A stretch of DNA of 64,000 nucleotides from Myxococcota bacterium (lineage in GTDB: Bacteria; Myxococcota_A; Polyangia; HGW-17). A program made the position numbers and the translations under genes. Each line of letters begins with the position of its first letter. The first letter of the stretch is position 1. Below, piece by piece: positions 45,637 through 55,759 of the stretch. The notes below the pieces were generated by a model. That model was not told where the DNA came from, searched no databases, and saw only the letters and a program-made list of their open reading frames with translations. The stretch lies in contig JAHITJ010000208.1 in NCBI GenBank assembly GCA_018817795.1, positions 43,989 to 107,988 on the forward strand, given 5' to 3'.

Positions 45637-46884
45637 ATGCCCTACACCCTGGATGAAAACGTGACCGGAGAAGCCCGCATTAAAATCATCGGAGTTGGTG
45701 GAGCCGGCGGCAACGCCGTCAACAACATGCTCTCCAACCATCTCGACAGCGTGCAGTTCTACGCAGCCAACACGGACCGTCAGGCCCTCGAGAAGAGCCT
45801 GGCCGGCACCAAGCTCCAGCTCGGCGACAAGATCACCTCCGGCCTGGGCGCGGGCGCCAATCCCGAAGTCGGCCGCAAGGCCGCCGAGGAGAGCGCCGAA
45901 CTGATCCGCAACGCGGTCTCGGGGGCTGACATGATCTTCATCGCAGCGGGCATGGGTGGCGGCACCGGAACAGGTGCGGCTCCGGTCATCGCCCGCATCG
46001 CCAAGGAGACCGGCGCCCTGACCGTGGGCGTGGTGACCAAGCCCTTCCGCTTCGAGGGCAAGCGCCGCATGCGCCAGGCCGAGGAGGGTATCTCGGCACT
46101 GCAGGACGAGGTCGACGCCCTGATCGTCATACCGAACGACAAACTGTTGTCGCTTTCGGCGAACATCAGCATTCTCGACGCCTTCTGCCGCGCCGACGAA
46201 GTCCTTCTCAACGCAGCGCGCGGCATCACGGACCTGATCCTGGAGAGCGGCTACATCAACGTCGACTTCATGGACGTCCGCTCGGTGATGTCCAACAAGG
46301 GGCGCGCCCTGATGGGGATCGGCGTGCACAAGGGCGACCACGCCGCCGTCGAGGCCGTGCGCAACGCCATCTCCTCCCCGCTGCTCGAGGATGTATCCAT
46401 CGAGGGAGCCACCGGCGTGCTCGTCAACATCACCTGCTCGCCCAACCTCTCACTGCAGGAGATCTCCGAGGCTGCAATGCTGATCGAAGACGTGGCCAAC
46501 GAGGATGCCAACGTCATCTGGGGTTCTGTCGTGGACCCGAACCTGCAGAACGAGGTGCGCGTGACGATCATCGCCACGGGCTTCGACCAGACCATCGCCC
46601 CGGCCAAGACCGCGCCCAGCCGCGAACTGATCACCACCAACACCTCGATCAAGCAGCAACAGATGTCTCTGCCGTACACCGCCACTGCGCCATACGGACA
46701 TCGGGAATCCGATTCCGGGCCGCGCAACGCCTACTCCACCTCGGAGGTTCCCCGCGTCTCCCCGTCCCAGGAAATGCAGCACCAGGACCACCCGCGGGTC
46801 GCCCAGGTCCCGTACTCCAAGCCAGACTACCTTAAAAAATTGGAGATGGCCCAATCCCTGCCTCCCATGCCGCCAGGTCAATAG
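45637..46884 (+). CDS. ftsZ: Cell division protein FtsZ
   Basis: IKIIGVGGAGGNAVNNM, GGGTGTG tubulin signature. Long C-terminal linker. Confidence 0.95.
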   Translation: MPYTLDENVTGEARIKIIGVGGAGGNAVNNMLSNHLDSVQFYAANTDRQALEKSLAGTKLQLGDKITSGLGAGANPEVGRKAAEESAELIRNAVSGADMIFIAAGMGGGTGTGAAPVIARIAKETGALTVGVVTKPFRFEGKRRMRQAEEGISALQDEVDALIVIPNDKLLSLSANISILDAFCRADEVLLNAARGITDLILESGYINVDFMDVRSVMSNKGRALMGIGVHKGDHAAVEAVRNAISSPLLEDVSIEGATGVLVNITCSPNLSLQEISEAAMLIEDVANEDANVIWGSVVDPNLQNEVRVTIIATGFDQTIAPAKTAPSRELITTNTSIKQQQMSLPYTATAPYGHRESDSGPRNAYSTSEVPRVSPSQEMQHQDHPRVAQVPYSKPDYLKKLEMAQSLPPMPPGQ

Positions 46885-47017
46885 ATAAATTAAAAAACAA
46901 TTTACAAAAATTGCGGATTTTCAGCTTGACCTCCGGTCAGGATTGATTATAACGACCCTCGGTTTTCCGGATGGAAGCATCCGTATCCATATCCTTTAAT
47001 GGAAGGTTTATTATCCC

Positions 47018-47311
47018 ATGGCAAAAAACCAGACTCGTCGTTCCATCTCTGTCCGCGGTGAACTGTACGACCGGATTCACGAATACTGCGAAACCAACAA
47101 CGTCAGCATGAGTTCGTTCGTGGAAAACCGGATTTCCTCGTTTCTCAACGGTTCCCTGATGGATGAACAGCCCCCGCTGCCGTACGTGGAAGAGTACGAG
47201 CCCTTCTCCGCCGGAGAAGCCCCCTCGCACCCCACGACGACCCAGGCAAACCGTCCCGTGCTGTCACACTCCGAGATGGCGTCCGAAATCCAGCAGCACT
47301 TCACGTTCTGA
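47018..47311 (+). CDS. Small ribbon-helix-helix (CopG/Arc-like) DNA-binding protein
   Basis: RRSISVRGELYDRIHEYCETNNVSMSSFVENRISSFL = beta-strand/helix/helix pattern. Preceded by an AT-rich TTGACC-N16-TATAAC promoter-like region at about 46945-46972. Confidence 0.5.
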   Translation: MAKNQTRRSISVRGELYDRIHEYCETNNVSMSSFVENRISSFLNGSLMDEQPPLPYVEEYEPFSAGEAPSHPTTTQANRPVLSHSEMASEIQQHFTF

Positions 47312-47336
47312 GAACCGACCTTCCCAAGGAGACTCC

Positions 47337-48452
47337 ATGCGTTGTCTGAAACCGGGGTGGTGTTTTCCTCTGTTGATTATCCTGACCGCGTGGCCGCTTC
47401 TGTTCTCCGGATGTAAAAAGAAAGATCCCGCACAGTTGGAATCCGGCAAGTGGGTGGCGCGCAACCTTCAGTGCGCCAGGGAGACGCTCGACGACTTGGA
47501 GAAGCGTGTCCTGCAGAAAGTCTCCGACGCCGACAAGTTGATGAAGGAGCTGCAGGAACACCTGCTCAAGCACCAGTGTCCGGTCGGCAAGCACCCCGAC
47601 TGCATCCCGGGCGCCGGCATCAGCGCGGTGGCGACGCTCATCAGCGCGGCCCGCCTTTCGCCCGAGGCCGACGAGACCGAACCCGAAATCCAGGAGAAGA
47701 CCGACGACACCGGCGAACCCGAAATCAAGGATCCTGATTCGCTGGACGCCGAGGGCCTGTCCGCGGCGAAACTGGCCCGAAAGAACCGGATCGTCAAGGA
47801 AGAGATGGGGGAAGCCATCGAGGAAAAGAAACCGGAGGGTCTGCCCGGAGATGCACCCGCGTCCGAGGTCGAACCCGGACCCGAGGAGATCGCCCGCAAG
47901 GCCGGCTGCGGCATGGAAGTCCCCGAATCCTGCACCTTCCTGACGCAGGACACGGTCGTCTCCAAACTGACCATGCTCCTGGAGCAGGCAGCCCAGCTCG
48001 AGCAGGAAGTGCAGCGGTTCCTGTCGGCCACCGGACAACGGTTCGCCGACCTGCCGGTTCAGGAACTGTTCGAAGGCATGCGGACGATGGAGAGCCAGAT
48101 CCACGAACTGGTTACGCGCGAGGAGCTCGCCCTTCGCCGCAAGGGCGACGACGAGGCCTTCTACCGGTCCCTGCACCCCCAGATCATCAAGGGAATCCTC
48201 AGCGATCTGTCCCTTTCCGTCCCCAAAAAAATCCAGGCTGATCTGAAACTGCTGATTCCGATGATCCGGAAGTCTTCGAAGTTCTTTGATGAACATGAGC
48301 CCGAGTGGAACCAGAAAGTCGGCGCTGCGATTCGGCATCTGCACAAATCCCAGCGCGTACACGCCAACGCGTGCCTGGATCGCCCGAACTGCTGGCAGTT
48401 CAGGCAGTGCGTAAAACGCTACAATCTTCCCGGCATCCTGATGCTGGAGTAA
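47337..48452 (+). CDS. Acidic coiled-coil lipoprotein (hypothetical)
   Basis: MRCLKPGWCFPLLIILTAWPLLFSGC|KKK lipobox; AAGGAG RBS. Internal start of ORF 47163..48452. Confidence 0.65.
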   Translation: MRCLKPGWCFPLLIILTAWPLLFSGCKKKDPAQLESGKWVARNLQCARETLDDLEKRVLQKVSDADKLMKELQEHLLKHQCPVGKHPDCIPGAGISAVATLISAARLSPEADETEPEIQEKTDDTGEPEIKDPDSLDAEGLSAAKLARKNRIVKEEMGEAIEEKKPEGLPGDAPASEVEPGPEEIARKAGCGMEVPESCTFLTQDTVVSKLTMLLEQAAQLEQEVQRFLSATGQRFADLPVQELFEGMRTMESQIHELVTREELALRRKGDDEAFYRSLHPQIIKGILSDLSLSVPKKIQADLKLLIPMIRKSSKFFDEHEPEWNQKVGAAIRHLHKSQRVHANACLDRPNCWQFRQCVKRYNLPGILMLE

Positions 48453-48478
48453 TCATCCAACGGCATTCGGAGGTCGTA

Positions 48479-49213
48479 TTGTTCTGTGTCCCAACATCCA
48501 AAGTCCGTCACCTGGTCGGTTCCTTCACCCGCGGCATGGAACTGCCGACAGCCTTTTCGCGGCTGTTCACCGAGCACCAGATCCGCTCGGGCCACCTGCA
48601 CATGATCGGCCAGCTCGACGCGTTCACCGTGCAGACGGATCCGCGCACCACCCCGCTGACGTTGAACGCTCCTGCACTGATCCTGCACTGCGAAGGTTTC
48701 ATCACCGATGTCGACGGCAAGGTGGAGACGCGCCTGATGACCACCCTGCAGTTTGCGGGAACCCTGGGACCTCAGATCGTCGGCGGCCTTCTGGTTTCCG
48801 CCCGCATCCTCTCCTGCGAGTTCCGGATCGAGGCCTTCGACGACGTCTTCATCGTGAAGAAGACCGATCCGAAGTCCTTTCCGATCTGGGTCGACTGCTT
48901 CACCGAAGCCGACGACGACGAAAGGACTTCCCTGGCGGCCGATGCCCAGCCCGAGCCGGAGTCCCCGACCCTGGTCACGGATCCCTCCAGCACCGATGAC
49001 ATTCCAACGCACCCTGGTCCCGGAGACATCGTAGAGCACTTCAAGTTCGGGGCCTGCCGCGTGCAGAAGGTCGACACCGGCGACATGCTCGAGGTTTGGC
49101 TTCCGAGCAAGAACAAGGCCCGCCTGAGCATGCAGGTCCTCCACTTCGACTTCCTCCGGGAGGAGGAGGACGGAACGCGGTATTTCCACGCCCGCCCCAT
49201 GAAGACTCGGTGA
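48479..49213 (+). CDS. Hypothetical protein, possibly PPC/DUF296-like (GHLHM...GTLGPQIVGGLLVSARI)
   Basis: Start uncertain: TTG at 48479 with GGAGG 5 nt upstream, or ATG at 48536. Weak motif resemblance only. Confidence 0.4.
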   Translation: MFCVPTSKVRHLVGSFTRGMELPTAFSRLFTEHQIRSGHLHMIGQLDAFTVQTDPRTTPLTLNAPALILHCEGFITDVDGKVETRLMTTLQFAGTLGPQIVGGLLVSARILSCEFRIEAFDDVFIVKKTDPKSFPIWVDCFTEADDDERTSLAADAQPEPESPTLVTDPSSTDDIPTHPGPGDIVEHFKFGACRVQKVDTGDMLEVWLPSKNKARLSMQVLHFDFLREEEDGTRYFHARPMKTR

Positions 49214-49220
49214 ACCGGAC

Positions 49221-49895
49221 ATGGACTCCTCGGCCCGGTTTCAGCAGGAACTCGTCGCAGGCAACCTCGATCTTGTCCGCAAGATTGCAGGTGAGATACA
49301 CCGCCTGGTTCATCGCAGGATCGAGATCGACGAGTTGATCAACATGGGCACCGTTGGTCTGATCGAGTCCGCCCGCCGCTACGATCCACAACGGGGGTTC
49401 CAGTTCTCCACCTTTGCCTATTACCGCATCAAAGGTGCCATCCTCGACGGCGTCCGGCGACAATGGTTCCAGATCGGCCAGGCCTCCGGACTGCAGGCCG
49501 AGGAGACCGCCAACGCCTACATGCAGGAAAAAAGCATTCCGCTGCAATTGGGGACGCCCAACCCCTCCACCGCCGAACTGGTCGATCGGATGTCCACCAC
49601 CCTGTCCGGACTGGCCACCTGTTTCCGGCTGTCGTCCGAGAAGATCGACACACTGGCCGACGAAACCGGGCAGGACGGCTACGAGGCGGTCGAACGCAAC
49701 TCTGAGCTTGCCTGGATCTCCCGGCAGGTGGAGCAACTGCCCCCCGAACTGGCCGAGGTAATTCGTGCCGTCTATCATGAGGGTCTTTCGCTGGATGAAT
49801 TCGCACGCCGGAAGGACAAGTCCAAGAGTTGGGCCAGCCGGCTGCACTCGCGGGCCATCGACCAGCTCCGGCACTGGACGGGGTATGTCGCATGA
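49221..49895 (+). CDS. RNA polymerase sigma factor, sigma-70 family (FliA/group-3-like)
   Basis: Region 2 ..LVHRRIEIDELINMGTVGLIESARRYDPQRGFQFSTFAYYRIKGAI.., region 4 HTH ..EGLSLDEFARRKDKSKSWASRLHSRAI.. Confidence 0.8.
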   Translation: MDSSARFQQELVAGNLDLVRKIAGEIHRLVHRRIEIDELINMGTVGLIESARRYDPQRGFQFSTFAYYRIKGAILDGVRRQWFQIGQASGLQAEETANAYMQEKSIPLQLGTPNPSTAELVDRMSTTLSGLATCFRLSSEKIDTLADETGQDGYEAVERNSELAWISRQVEQLPPELAEVIRAVYHEGLSLDEFARRKDKSKSWASRLHSRAIDQLRHWTGYVA

Positions 49896-50536
49896 ACCCT
49901 GAACTCTCCATCCGGCAGGAAGTCTTCATCGATCTGAGAAGAACCTTCACCGAGACGATCGGGGAGGTCGCGTTTTCCCGCTTCATGTCGCTGCTGCCCA
50001 CGACGCTCAAGATGGTTCTCTCCCGGGACGACGACCCCGATGCCTGGGTCCCTGCTCGGGAGTTCTCCATCCTTCTGGCCGCCGTCGACATGCAGGTTCA
50101 CCCCATGCTGAGCGACTTCGGCGCAATGTGGGGGCATCAGTTCGTCCTCAACCGCGCCCGAGAGTTCGTCGGCGATCTGACGCCGACCCAGATCGACTCA
50201 CTGGTTCACATGTTCCACCAGAAGCGTTCCAACGCGATCCTGCACGTCGCTGCCCGGTTGCAGAAGGGGATGGAGATGCTTCCGCGATGGTTCTTCCCGC
50301 TCGACGTGGCCGTAGACGAGCGCGTCTCCCCTTCCCAGTTGGCGTTCAACGCGCAAGCCAGGCCGGTCAACCTGCCCCTGTTCTGCAATGTGCTTTCCGG
50401 CCTCGCCGGCGGCATCCTCGCGGCCCACCACATCCCGTTTTTGCGCATCCATGAGGAGTTCTGCATGACCGCAGGACACATGGCTTGTTCTTTCGTGATA
50501 CTCTTCGAGCCCGAGACGCCCCTGTCGTTTTTCTAG
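49892..50536 (+). CDS. Hypothetical protein translationally coupled (ATGA) to the sigma factor; possibly a myxobacterial DUF2378/TIGR02265-type regulator
   Basis: Starts MNPELSIRQEVFIDL overlapping the sigma stop by 4 nt. Family assignment is by recollection only. Confidence 0.55.
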   Translation: MNPELSIRQEVFIDLRRTFTETIGEVAFSRFMSLLPTTLKMVLSRDDDPDAWVPAREFSILLAAVDMQVHPMLSDFGAMWGHQFVLNRAREFVGDLTPTQIDSLVHMFHQKRSNAILHVAARLQKGMEMLPRWFFPLDVAVDERVSPSQLAFNAQARPVNLPLFCNVLSGLAGGILAAHHIPFLRIHEEFCMTAGHMACSFVILFEPETPLSFF

Positions 50537-50652
50537 TTTTCGCCCCATCAGGTTCTCCTGTGACATCCTTGTTCCTGGAATCTGACGCTTGATATTGATC
50601 ACGCACGCAGAGTATACTCGCTGGCCTGACGGCCAGGCCGGGAGGGAAGCCA

Positions 50653-51972
50653 ATGAAGGTCACCTACAAATCACTCAAGGATTTCGCGTTCGCGCACTAT
50701 GCGCAGGGTCATGTCGAGCAGGCCCTGGGCAGCCTCGTGGCAGCCTACCACGCCGATCCTCTGGACCTGGAGATCCGGTTTCTGACCGTTGACATCCTGA
50801 CCCACCTGCAGGTGCTCGAGCCGCTGGAAAAAGTGCTGGTTTACTCGGCCGAGATCGCCATGCGCTCGGGGCATCCCATCGCCGCGATGGCCTTCCTGCA
50901 CCTGATCGAAAAGCTCGGCAAGGACGCCGACCCGCTCTGGAAACGCCTTGCCTACCTTTATTCGGCAAACTCCACACAACTGTCTCAGAGTGGATCCAAG
51001 GTGGCGCCGCTGCCCGACGAGACCCCCGTCGACGGGCCCGCCGAGACGATGCCTCCCCTGCCCGAGCTGGTCGCACAGGTCACAGCGCTGGCCCAGACGA
51101 TCACCAGGAGTGAGGATTTTCCCGCCACCCTGCTGCCGATGCCGCTGCTGTCGGACGTGCCGGCCCACCACTTTGTCGAGGTCGCACGGGTGCTGCATCT
51201 GGTTTCCATGACACCCGGACAGGCACTGATCCGTGAGGGTGAACCCGGCAACTCCTTTTTCATGATCGGGACCGGTGCATTCTCGGTGTTCAAGACGGAT
51301 GCGCTGGGTCGCGTCACTCCCCTGGCGACATTGCATGCGGGATCGATCGTGGGCGAGATGGCCCTGGTCCAGCGCGCGCCCCGCTCGGCCTCGGTCACGG
51401 CTCAGACCTGGGCGCGGGTGCTGGAGTTCCCGGCCGAGGCCATCGCCCGTCTGGCCGAGCACCTCGAACAGGTGGCCATCGCCCTGGACAAGTTCACACG
51501 GGAGCGCCTGATCGGCAACCTCCTGGCCACCAGCCCGCTGTTCAAGCCCTTCTCGCGCACCCAGCGCATGGACCTGCTCAAGCACTTCCAGGCCTACGTG
51601 GTGGAGACCGACACGGTGATCGTTCGGCAGGGCGAGGAAGGCACCGGACTTTACCTGATCCTCGGTGGTGAGGTCGAGGTCATGCGGGATCTCGACACGC
51701 CGCAGTCGGTCTCCCTTGCGACCCTCTCGGCACCGGAGAACTTCGGAGAGATCAGCCTGCTGCTCGGCTCCGAGACCACGGCCTCGGTCGTGGCCACCCG
51801 GCGAACCACCCTGCTGTTCCTGTCGCGCCATTATTTCCTGCGCCTGATGCAGTCCGTCCCGGAGATGCGCGATTACTTCTCGCAGTTGGCCGACAGCCGG
51901 CTGAGCCAAACCCAGGAAACCCTGGCCGCCCAGACGGCCATCCATGACGAAGAAGAAATCATCCTGATCTGA
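50653..51972 (+). CDS. Tandem cyclic-nucleotide-binding (cNMP) domain protein with N-terminal helical/TPR-like region
   Basis: Two cNMP folds: GE.GNSFFMIGTGAFSV...GEMAL and GEEGTGLYLILGGEVEV...GEISLL. Confidence 0.8.
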   Translation: MKVTYKSLKDFAFAHYAQGHVEQALGSLVAAYHADPLDLEIRFLTVDILTHLQVLEPLEKVLVYSAEIAMRSGHPIAAMAFLHLIEKLGKDADPLWKRLAYLYSANSTQLSQSGSKVAPLPDETPVDGPAETMPPLPELVAQVTALAQTITRSEDFPATLLPMPLLSDVPAHHFVEVARVLHLVSMTPGQALIREGEPGNSFFMIGTGAFSVFKTDALGRVTPLATLHAGSIVGEMALVQRAPRSASVTAQTWARVLEFPAEAIARLAEHLEQVAIALDKFTRERLIGNLLATSPLFKPFSRTQRMDLLKHFQAYVVETDTVIVRQGEEGTGLYLILGGEVEVMRDLDTPQSVSLATLSAPENFGEISLLLGSETTASVVATRRTTLLFLSRHYFLRLMQSVPEMRDYFSQLADSRLSQTQETLAAQTAIHDEEEIILI

Positions 51973-51990
51973 ACCGTCCGCCGGAGTCCC

Positions 51991-53067
51991 ATGCCCAGAC
52001 TCAAGAAAAGCCAGATTTTCAACATCGTCGTATTCCTCCTCGGCACCGTGGTCATCATCACGCTGATCCGCAACATCGGATGGAGCCAGACCCGGGAGCA
52101 CCTCTCCCGCACGGGCTGGAACTACTTCTGGCTGTTCCCGATTTACCTCATCACCATGTTTGGTGACACGATCTCCTGGCGCCTGCTGATCCGCAAGCCC
52201 GTGTCGATGATCCGGGTCATGCTCATCGCCAACTCGGGCACCGCGATCAATGCGCTGACGCCATCCGGAGACGGTGGCGAGTTCGTCAAGGGAAATCTAA
52301 TCGGTCCAATCATCGGCGCCCCCGAGGCTGTCTCCTCGCTTTTGCTGTGGAACTTCCTGTACGCGGTGACCAAGAAGATCGTCACGGTCGCCGGGCCGCT
52401 GCTGTACCTCCTCTTCGGTCCGTTCGCGGCCGATCCGAAGCCCATCGAAACCGTCGTGGTCCTGTGGTTTCTCGGACTCGGCGCGTTGACGGCGCTGTAC
52501 CTTCCACTGGCGTATTTCCTCGTCACGCGGATCGGCGTCGAGCGTATTGCGAAGCGGCTGCACCGCCTGTGGCTTGTACGCCGGCTGGACCTGTCCAAGG
52601 TGGAGACGTTCTCGCGGCAGCTCGATGAGACCTTCCGGGACTTCGGGCGCAACTTCCGGCTGAGGCTCGTGGGTGCCGCCGTGCTGCTGCTCGTGATGCA
52701 CCTGAGCGTCTGCTTCGAGATCTGGTTCGTGCTGGGACTGTTGGGAGTGGACGTGTCTCTGGGGACCAGCGTGTTTCTCTTCACGGGAAGCTCGCTGCTG
52801 CAGACGGTGGTGTCGCTCTCGCCCGTGGAGATGGGCGTCACCGAGGCCGGCAGCATGGGCCTTTACCAGTGGATCGGCTTTGAACCCGTGTATGGCTTCA
52901 TGCAGGAGTTCCTGCGCCGCCTGCGACGGCTGGTGTTCAACATCCTCGGTCTGGTCTACCTGGGATACTGTGCGGTCTATCCCTATGAGCCGCCCAAACA
53001 GATCGAGGAGACCCCCGAACCGGGGTCCGGGCCCGCACCTGAATCAGGGCCCGCACCCGAAGCGTAA
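51991..53067 (+). CDS. Integral membrane protein, lysylphosphatidylglycerol-synthase-TM/flippase-like (UPF0104) family
   Basis: 8 TM; GDTISWRLL and NALTPSGDGGEFVKG motifs typical of the family; Pro-rich C-terminal tail. Confidence 0.65.
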   Translation: MPRLKKSQIFNIVVFLLGTVVIITLIRNIGWSQTREHLSRTGWNYFWLFPIYLITMFGDTISWRLLIRKPVSMIRVMLIANSGTAINALTPSGDGGEFVKGNLIGPIIGAPEAVSSLLLWNFLYAVTKKIVTVAGPLLYLLFGPFAADPKPIETVVVLWFLGLGALTALYLPLAYFLVTRIGVERIAKRLHRLWLVRRLDLSKVETFSRQLDETFRDFGRNFRLRLVGAAVLLLVMHLSVCFEIWFVLGLLGVDVSLGTSVFLFTGSSLLQTVVSLSPVEMGVTEAGSMGLYQWIGFEPVYGFMQEFLRRLRRLVFNILGLVYLGYCAVYPYEPPKQIEETPEPGSGPAPESGPAPEA

Positions 53068-53143
53068 CCCGGCGACCTTCCATTCCCCCCAAAAAAGGGC
53101 TCTCAATCATTCCAGGTTAGCCTGACAAGGCCCGGGCGGGACT

Positions 53144-55759
53144 TCACCGAGCTCTTCGGCGACGCAGAACCAGGACCAGGGCAGCGAGGAAAAGCAGGGA
53201 CGGAACCGTCCCCCCCCCGGCGCGTCCTGGACGGGAGGAACAAGCCGTGGAGCCGGCTGCATCGTACAGCGTGGGATGGCGTTCATCCCCGCGCAGGCTG
53301 AACACGACCGCTGGCAGTTCCCCGTGGGTGGCGGTCACGGCATTGGGGCCGCGTCCCGGGGTGAAGATCACAGCCGCATACCCGGTGAAGCCCGTCTCCA
53401 CCGTCATCGTCGCGTCGTCGTCCCCCTCGAAGGTTCCGCCGTCGGCCGTGAAGGTCACAGGATAGGCCGCCAGCGGCGTCCCCTGCGCGTCCACCAGCCG
53501 CACCACCAGCGGGGTCAGCAGCGGCTCGTCGTCGTACCCCCACTGTCCGTCACCGGCGATCTTCACCAGCTCTGCGGCGGCCACGGAGACCACCTCGAAG
53601 GGATCGGAGATGGCCGTGGACTGACCGTCCGAGGCCAGGATGGTGACCTCCGGAGCAGCATCCTGGATGACCACGTAGAAAACCGCCTGTCCGCCCACGA
53701 AGTCTTCGTGGCGGGTGGGAAGCATCCTCGTCTCCCCGGCGGAGAGCAGCAGCGGGCTGGTGTAGCCTTCCAGCAGCCTGCCGTCGGCGTCCAGCGCCGA
53801 AACGGTCACCGGGAAGGGAACGCCCTGCGTCTGCGGACTTGGGATCGGATCGAACCGCAGCTGCGCGGCACCCTCGTCATAGCGGTACCCGACGGCGATG
53901 GGACCAAGCACCGGCGTGTCCGCGCCGTCCCCCACCAGAAAGGCCCGCAGTTGCAGGGAGCGAGTCACATCCAGTTGGGAGAAGCCCGCCACGAGGTAGC
54001 CGGGGTCCATCGCCTCGTCCGAGGTGTTCGCGTCCCGCCAACTCAGGCCGTCGAAGATCCTCCACCGGGCTCCGGCATCGGTGCTCACCTGGAACCGCAG
54101 GCTCGTCCCGGTGGGACGTTCCGTGGGCGCGAGGAACTCGATGCTCTCCCAGCGCGTAATCTGGTGAGGCACCACCAACTCTGGCGTGGTGACGATGCCC
54201 GGTCCCGGATCGAAGTGCGGCAGCGCCGCGGACATGACGACCTCCAGGTCCGGTTCAGGAAAGACGAATGGCCGGTGGTCCTTGACCGAGAGCAAATGCC
54301 GCTCGTCTCCGAGCGCCGCGTCCTCCTGAAAAACCGCCACCGGCGCCGAGCACGTCAGACGGGTTCCGGCCGCCAGGGCGCCGTACAGGAACTTGTTGGG
54401 ATAAGGTCGGGGCGTGGCCTCGGAGATCACCTCCGTCAACGGCGTGCCGTCCGCAGTGGAAGTCGCGCAGAGGGTCGAAGGTTCCGTGGCCGCCACGGCC
54501 AGATACGACACCGCGCGTGGGAGCACGAACTCCCGGGCGAGCAGCGACCCGGGGAGGAAGGCCACGCTCTCGCCACCGGAGCCGTCGCCCTGAGAGAGCG
54601 CTCCGATGGGACGATCGGCCACCAGGTGCAGGGCCGGCCCGCTGCCTGCGCTCGCCCCGTAGGAAAGGGTCAGCACGGCATCCCGGCTCAGGGTGTGCGT
54701 GGTCACAGCGATGTCGGACTGGTACACGGTCAGGGACGTGTTGTCCTCCAGCGCCGTCACATATACGGTTCCGAGGGCGGCACCCCATAGTTCGGAGGTG
54801 GCCGGCACCAGAGGATGTCCGTCATAGCCGTCGGAGGTCCAGTGGAAGGCCACCACCGGACTGTCGGAGAGCAGCCGGTACGAGCCGGTCGGGATGTCCA
54901 CGGAGAGACTCTGAGACTGCAGGTGGTTCACCGTCGCGGAGGCCAGCACGGTCTCGCCCTGCAGCAACTGGACCTGGGCCACACCGAACGGAGAGAACAC
55001 CTCGATGACGTCGAGCCCCCGCTGGGACGGAAAGGAGAAGGCCGTCCCGACCATGGAGAAGGGAACCGCGATGTCCGAGGCGTTGAGGTCTCCGGCCAGG
55101 CTGTAGGGACCGTTGGCCGCCACGATGCCGGGATCGGCGGAGACGATCTGCGGCTGCGAAACCGCGTCCACAGGCACTCCTGCACCGATCTGCACGCGAA
55201 CCGGCTCGAAGGCGGCGATGCTCACCTGTGAGGTGCCTGGAAACGGCCACCACGCGCCGTATTTCAGCGACGAGTACAAGAAGACCTCCTGCCAGGATCC
55301 GACGCTGGAGGCCGCGTCGTTCCCCAGATACAGATAGATCCGGGTCTGTCCGGTCGGCAGCGTGGGGAGCTGGAGCCACAGGTCGCCGCTGCGGGCGATG
55401 AAGTCATAGTTTTCCAGCCACATGGCCGTGATCTCCGAACCATCAGCAGCCACAAGCCGCAGATCGGCCCCGTCGATGGCCGCGATATCGAAGACCTCCG
55501 CGGGCAGCATCGACAGGTCCACGCGGACCGGATACTCCTCGAGCTGGACCTGCGCTGCGTTCTGCACGTAGAACTCGATCCGGGCCGACCATCCCGGCAG
55601 GTGCCAGTCCGTGACGTCGGCCAGGCGCGCGGACGTGCCCTCGACGACGACGTTTCCGGTCACGACGTAGTCGCCCGCCTGGAACGGACGCTCGGTGAAA
55701 TCGAAGTACAGGATGTTCTGCGCCCCGAACAGGAGGGAGAAGAGCATGGAGGCGATCAT
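53144..55759 (-). CDS. Large secreted protein: N-terminal DUF2341-like domain, Ig-like beta region, C-terminal MYXO-CTERM-type sorting tail
   Basis: Signal MIASMLFSLLFGAQ; DUF2341-like ...YPVRVDL...DGADLRLVAADGSEI...LWLQLPTLPTGQTRIYLYLGN; C-terminus ...ACSSRPGRAGGGTVPSLLFLAALVLVLRRRRAR. ATGA coupling to the upstream FG-GAP gene. Confidence 0.7.
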   Translation of the reverse strand: MIASMLFSLLFGAQNILYFDFTERPFQAGDYVVTGNVVVEGTSARLADVTDWHLPGWSARIEFYVQNAAQVQLEEYPVRVDLSMLPAEVFDIAAIDGADLRLVAADGSEITAMWLENYDFIARSGDLWLQLPTLPTGQTRIYLYLGNDAASSVGSWQEVFLYSSLKYGAWWPFPGTSQVSIAAFEPVRVQIGAGVPVDAVSQPQIVSADPGIVAANGPYSLAGDLNASDIAVPFSMVGTAFSFPSQRGLDVIEVFSPFGVAQVQLLQGETVLASATVNHLQSQSLSVDIPTGSYRLLSDSPVVAFHWTSDGYDGHPLVPATSELWGAALGTVYVTALEDNTSLTVYQSDIAVTTHTLSRDAVLTLSYGASAGSGPALHLVADRPIGALSQGDGSGGESVAFLPGSLLAREFVLPRAVSYLAVAATEPSTLCATSTADGTPLTEVISEATPRPYPNKFLYGALAAGTRLTCSAPVAVFQEDAALGDERHLLSVKDHRPFVFPEPDLEVVMSAALPHFDPGPGIVTTPELVVPHQITRWESIEFLAPTERPTGTSLRFQVSTDAGARWRIFDGLSWRDANTSDEAMDPGYLVAGFSQLDVTRSLQLRAFLVGDGADTPVLGPIAVGYRYDEGAAQLRFDPIPSPQTQGVPFPVTVSALDADGRLLEGYTSPLLLSAGETRMLPTRHEDFVGGQAVFYVVIQDAAPEVTILASDGQSTAISDPFEVVSVAAAELVKIAGDGQWGYDDEPLLTPLVVRLVDAQGTPLAAYPVTFTADGGTFEGDDDATMTVETGFTGYAAVIFTPGRGPNAVTATHGELPAVVFSLRGDERHPTLYDAAGSTACSSRPGRAGGGTVPSLLFLAALVLVLRRRRAR

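Noticed and set aside
50671-52101. 476-aa minus ORF
   Set aside because: Antisense to the tandem-cNMP protein.
53276-54790. 504-aa + ORF
   Set aside because: Antisense to the DUF2341/MYXO-CTERM gene.
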